A stretch of DNA of 64,000 nucleotides from NCBI GenBank assembly GCA_963848135.1, contig CAWKCK010000017.1:62001-126000 (forward strand), read 5' to 3'. The translations under genes were made by a program, and so were the position numbers. This DNA is from an uncultured delta proteobacterium. GTDB lineage: Bacteria > Desulfobacterota > Desulfobacteria > Desulfobacterales > SG8-13. The notes beneath the pieces were generated by a model that saw only the letters and a program-made list of their open reading frames with translations, searched no databases and was not told the DNA's origin. Shown here piece after piece: positions 61,914 through 64,000 of the stretch. Each line of letters begins with the position of its first letter. The first letter of the stretch is position 1.

Positions 61914-64000
61914 GTTCCCTGCTCTGCTTTGGTTTGCGCATCCCTTTTCTGTTCGTACCGAGCGATCTTACCGATAAAGACAAACAGCATCGGGTAGAAG
62001 AAAACACCTAGCACTGTCGCCAGGGTCATTCCCCCCAGCAAGGCCATACCCATGACCACCCGGGCTTCGGCTCCAGCACCGGAGGCGACGACCAGCGGCA
62101 ACACACCCAGTATGAACGAAAATGCGGTCATCAGGATCGGTCGAAATCTTAGTTTGGCTGCTTTGGTGGCGGCCTCAAACAGCGAAAGTCCCTTGTTGAA
62201 TTCCAGGTTGGCAAATTCAACGATCAAAATGGCATTCTTGGCAGCCATGGCAATCAACATGACAAGAGCGATCTGGGCAAATATGTTGAGCTCATAACTC
62301 TGGCTGTACATCCGGGCCAGATACAACGCCACAAAGGCCCCGAAGATCGCAAACGGTGTTCCCAACAGGATGCTGAGTGGCAGCGACCAGCTTTCGTACT
62401 GGGCAGCGAGGATCAGATAAACAAACACCAGGGAAAAGACAAACACAATCGCGCCGGTGCCGGAGGCCTTTTTCTCCTGAAAGGACATATTGCTCCAGGC
62501 ATAACCCATATCCCCAGGCAATACCTCGGCCGCCACCTGCTCCAAGGCGCTTAGCGCCTGGGCGGATGTGAAACCGGGAGCGGGTCCACCGGTAAGTTCA
62601 ACCGATCGGTATAGATTGAACCGGTTGGTAAAATCGGGGCCGGAAATATCTCTGATCCTGACAAAGGCCGCCAGGGGCACGCTGTCCCCCTCGCTGTTGT
62701 TGACAAAAAACTGGTTGACCATCTCCTCACTCAACCGGTACTCCGGTTCGGCCTGGATATAGGCCTTGTAGAGTCTGCCAAAACGATTGAAGTCGTTCAC
62801 GTACGAACCGCCCAGAAAAGCACCGATGGACGTGTAGATGTCGTTCAAAGAAATGCCGGCCTTGAGAACCTTGTCGATATTGATATCCATATAACGTTGA
62901 GGGACGGCGGCCCGAAAGGTCGTAAACACGGATCCAATCTCCGGTCGTTCCATCGCAGCTTGAACGAATCTGGCAGTCTCGCCGGCAAGGTATTCGGTCG
63001 TATTTCCCCTCCGGTCCTGAACCAGGATGGTAAATCCTGAACCGCTGCCCAACCCGGGTATGGCCGGTGGACCGAAGGCAAACACCTGGGCCTCGTTGAT
63101 ACCCGAGCGAAAATCCTTGTTTAGCAGGGCAACCACCTCATTAGCCGTCTTTTGCCGATCTTTCCAGTCTTTGAGGGCAATAAACAGAAAACCAGCATTA
63201 GACGAATAGCTGTTCGAAATCATACTGAACCCGGTTGCCGCGGTGATAAATTCCACCTCTTCATATTGCCCAATGATTTTTTCGACCTTTTTGGTCACGG
63301 CATCAGAACGTTGCATGGAAGCGGCATCCGGCAATTGAATATTGACCATGAAATAGCCCTGGTCTTCTTCGGGCATGAAACCACCGGGAAGAACATTTCC
63401 CAAATAACCCAACCCGACCACGATAACGACGATGAAGACGAGGCCCCGGACAATCTTGCGGGTAACGATGTTGGTCACCTTCATATAACCATCGGTCGAT
63501 ATGTCAAAGACCTTGTTGAAACCTTTAAAAAACAGGCCCAGCGGACCGCGGGACTCTTTTCGTTTTCTAAGCAGAAGAGAACAGAGCGCCGGGCTGAGCG
63601 TGAGCGCATTGACCGAGGAGAAGACCACCGACACTGCCACAGTGATAGCAAACTGCTGGTAGAGCCTTCCGGTGATGCCCCCCATGACGGCCACCGGGAT
63701 AAAGACGGCCACTAAAACCAGGGTGGTGGCGATAACAGGTGCGGTGACCTCCTTCATGGCTTCCTCTGTGGCCGTTCGGGGGTCCATGCCTTCCTCGATC
63801 TTAACCTGCACGGCCTCCACAACGACGATGGCATCGTCAACCACGATACCGATCGCCAGAACCAGGCCCAGTAGGGACAGCACGTTGATGGTAAAACCGA
63901 TCATCGGAAATACGATGAAAGCACCCACCAGTGAAACCGGTATCGCAATGGTGGGAATCAATGCCGCGCGCCAGTCCTGAATAAAAATGTACACCACCAG
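61910..64000 (-). CDS. RND efflux permease (HAE1/AcrB family); 5'-partial
   Basis: LAIGIVVDDAIVVVE, AVFIP, ALTLSPALC, QYESW, KNAILIVEFA and RFRPILMT; runs off the end of the window. Confidence 0.95.
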   Translation of the reverse strand: MVVYIFIQDWRAALIPTIAIPVSLVGAFIVFPMIGFTINVLSLLGLVLAIGIVVDDAIVVVEAVQVKIEEGMDPRTATEEAMKEVTAPVIATTLVLVAVFIPVAVMGGITGRLYQQFAITVAVSVVFSSVNALTLSPALCSLLLRKRKESRGPLGLFFKGFNKVFDISTDGYMKVTNIVTRKIVRGLVFIVVIVVGLGYLGNVLPGGFMPEEDQGYFMVNIQLPDAASMQRSDAVTKKVEKIIGQYEEVEFITAATGFSMISNSYSSNAGFLFIALKDWKDRQKTANEVVALLNKDFRSGINEAQVFAFGPPAIPGLGSGSGFTILVQDRRGNTTEYLAGETARFVQAAMERPEIGSVFTTFRAAVPQRYMDINIDKVLKAGISLNDIYTSIGAFLGGSYVNDFNRFGRLYKAYIQAEPEYRLSEEMVNQFFVNNSEGDSVPLAAFVRIRDISGPDFTNRFNLYRSVELTGGPAPGFTSAQALSALEQVAAEVLPGDMGYAWSNMSFQEKKASGTGAIVFVFSLVFVYLILAAQYESWSLPLSILLGTPFAIFGAFVALYLARMYSQSYELNIFAQIALVMLIAMAAKNAILIVEFANLEFNKGLSLFEAATKAAKLRFRPILMTAFSFILGVLPLVVASGAGAEARVVMGMALLGGMTLATVLGVFFYPMLFVFIGKIARYEQKRDAQTKAEQGT

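Noticed and set aside
17383..64000. Intact prophage or integrative element at tRNA-Lys
   Set aside because: No integrase, phage, conjugation or attR sequence was recognised in the window.

Overview
This looks like chromosomal DNA from an anaerobic deltaproteobacterium, probably Desulfobacterales-like (inferred from ahbB, gene content and repeat types). Positions 1-17.4 kb are largely core genes: two tandem MtaD-like deaminases, ade, mtnA, ahbB, a radical SAM gene, pepA, a PagL-like barrel, mltF, mpl, hemL, a degenerate Tpt1/KptA homolog and tRNA-Lys(CTT). After the tRNA and an IS256 remnant the region is an accessory mosaic. It holds a CheB-CheR-PAS/PAS-LuxR/KhpA/REC signalling cluster and a candidate sigma54-driven small RNA. 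It also holds a GntR-linked operon with an AprA-like flavoprotein, a ferredoxin split by a GltD-like NAD(P)H module and a tripartite tricarboxylate transporter, which is the best candidate for an undescribed system. Further along are aroF-pheA, an envelope cluster (ecotin, NlpE-like, rhomboid, TelA-like/DUF6384-like coiled-coil genes), an arylsulfatase-HAD-DUF3300-DUF2950 cluster with an internally deleted aqpZ, a K+ channel, PfpI and an RND pump. Several intergenic palindromic MITE/REP-like elements recur. Six otherwise intact genes each carry one net +1 frameshift, which may be assembly error. No rRNA, CRISPR array or integrase was seen. All family calls come from motif recognition by eye; no database searches were run.
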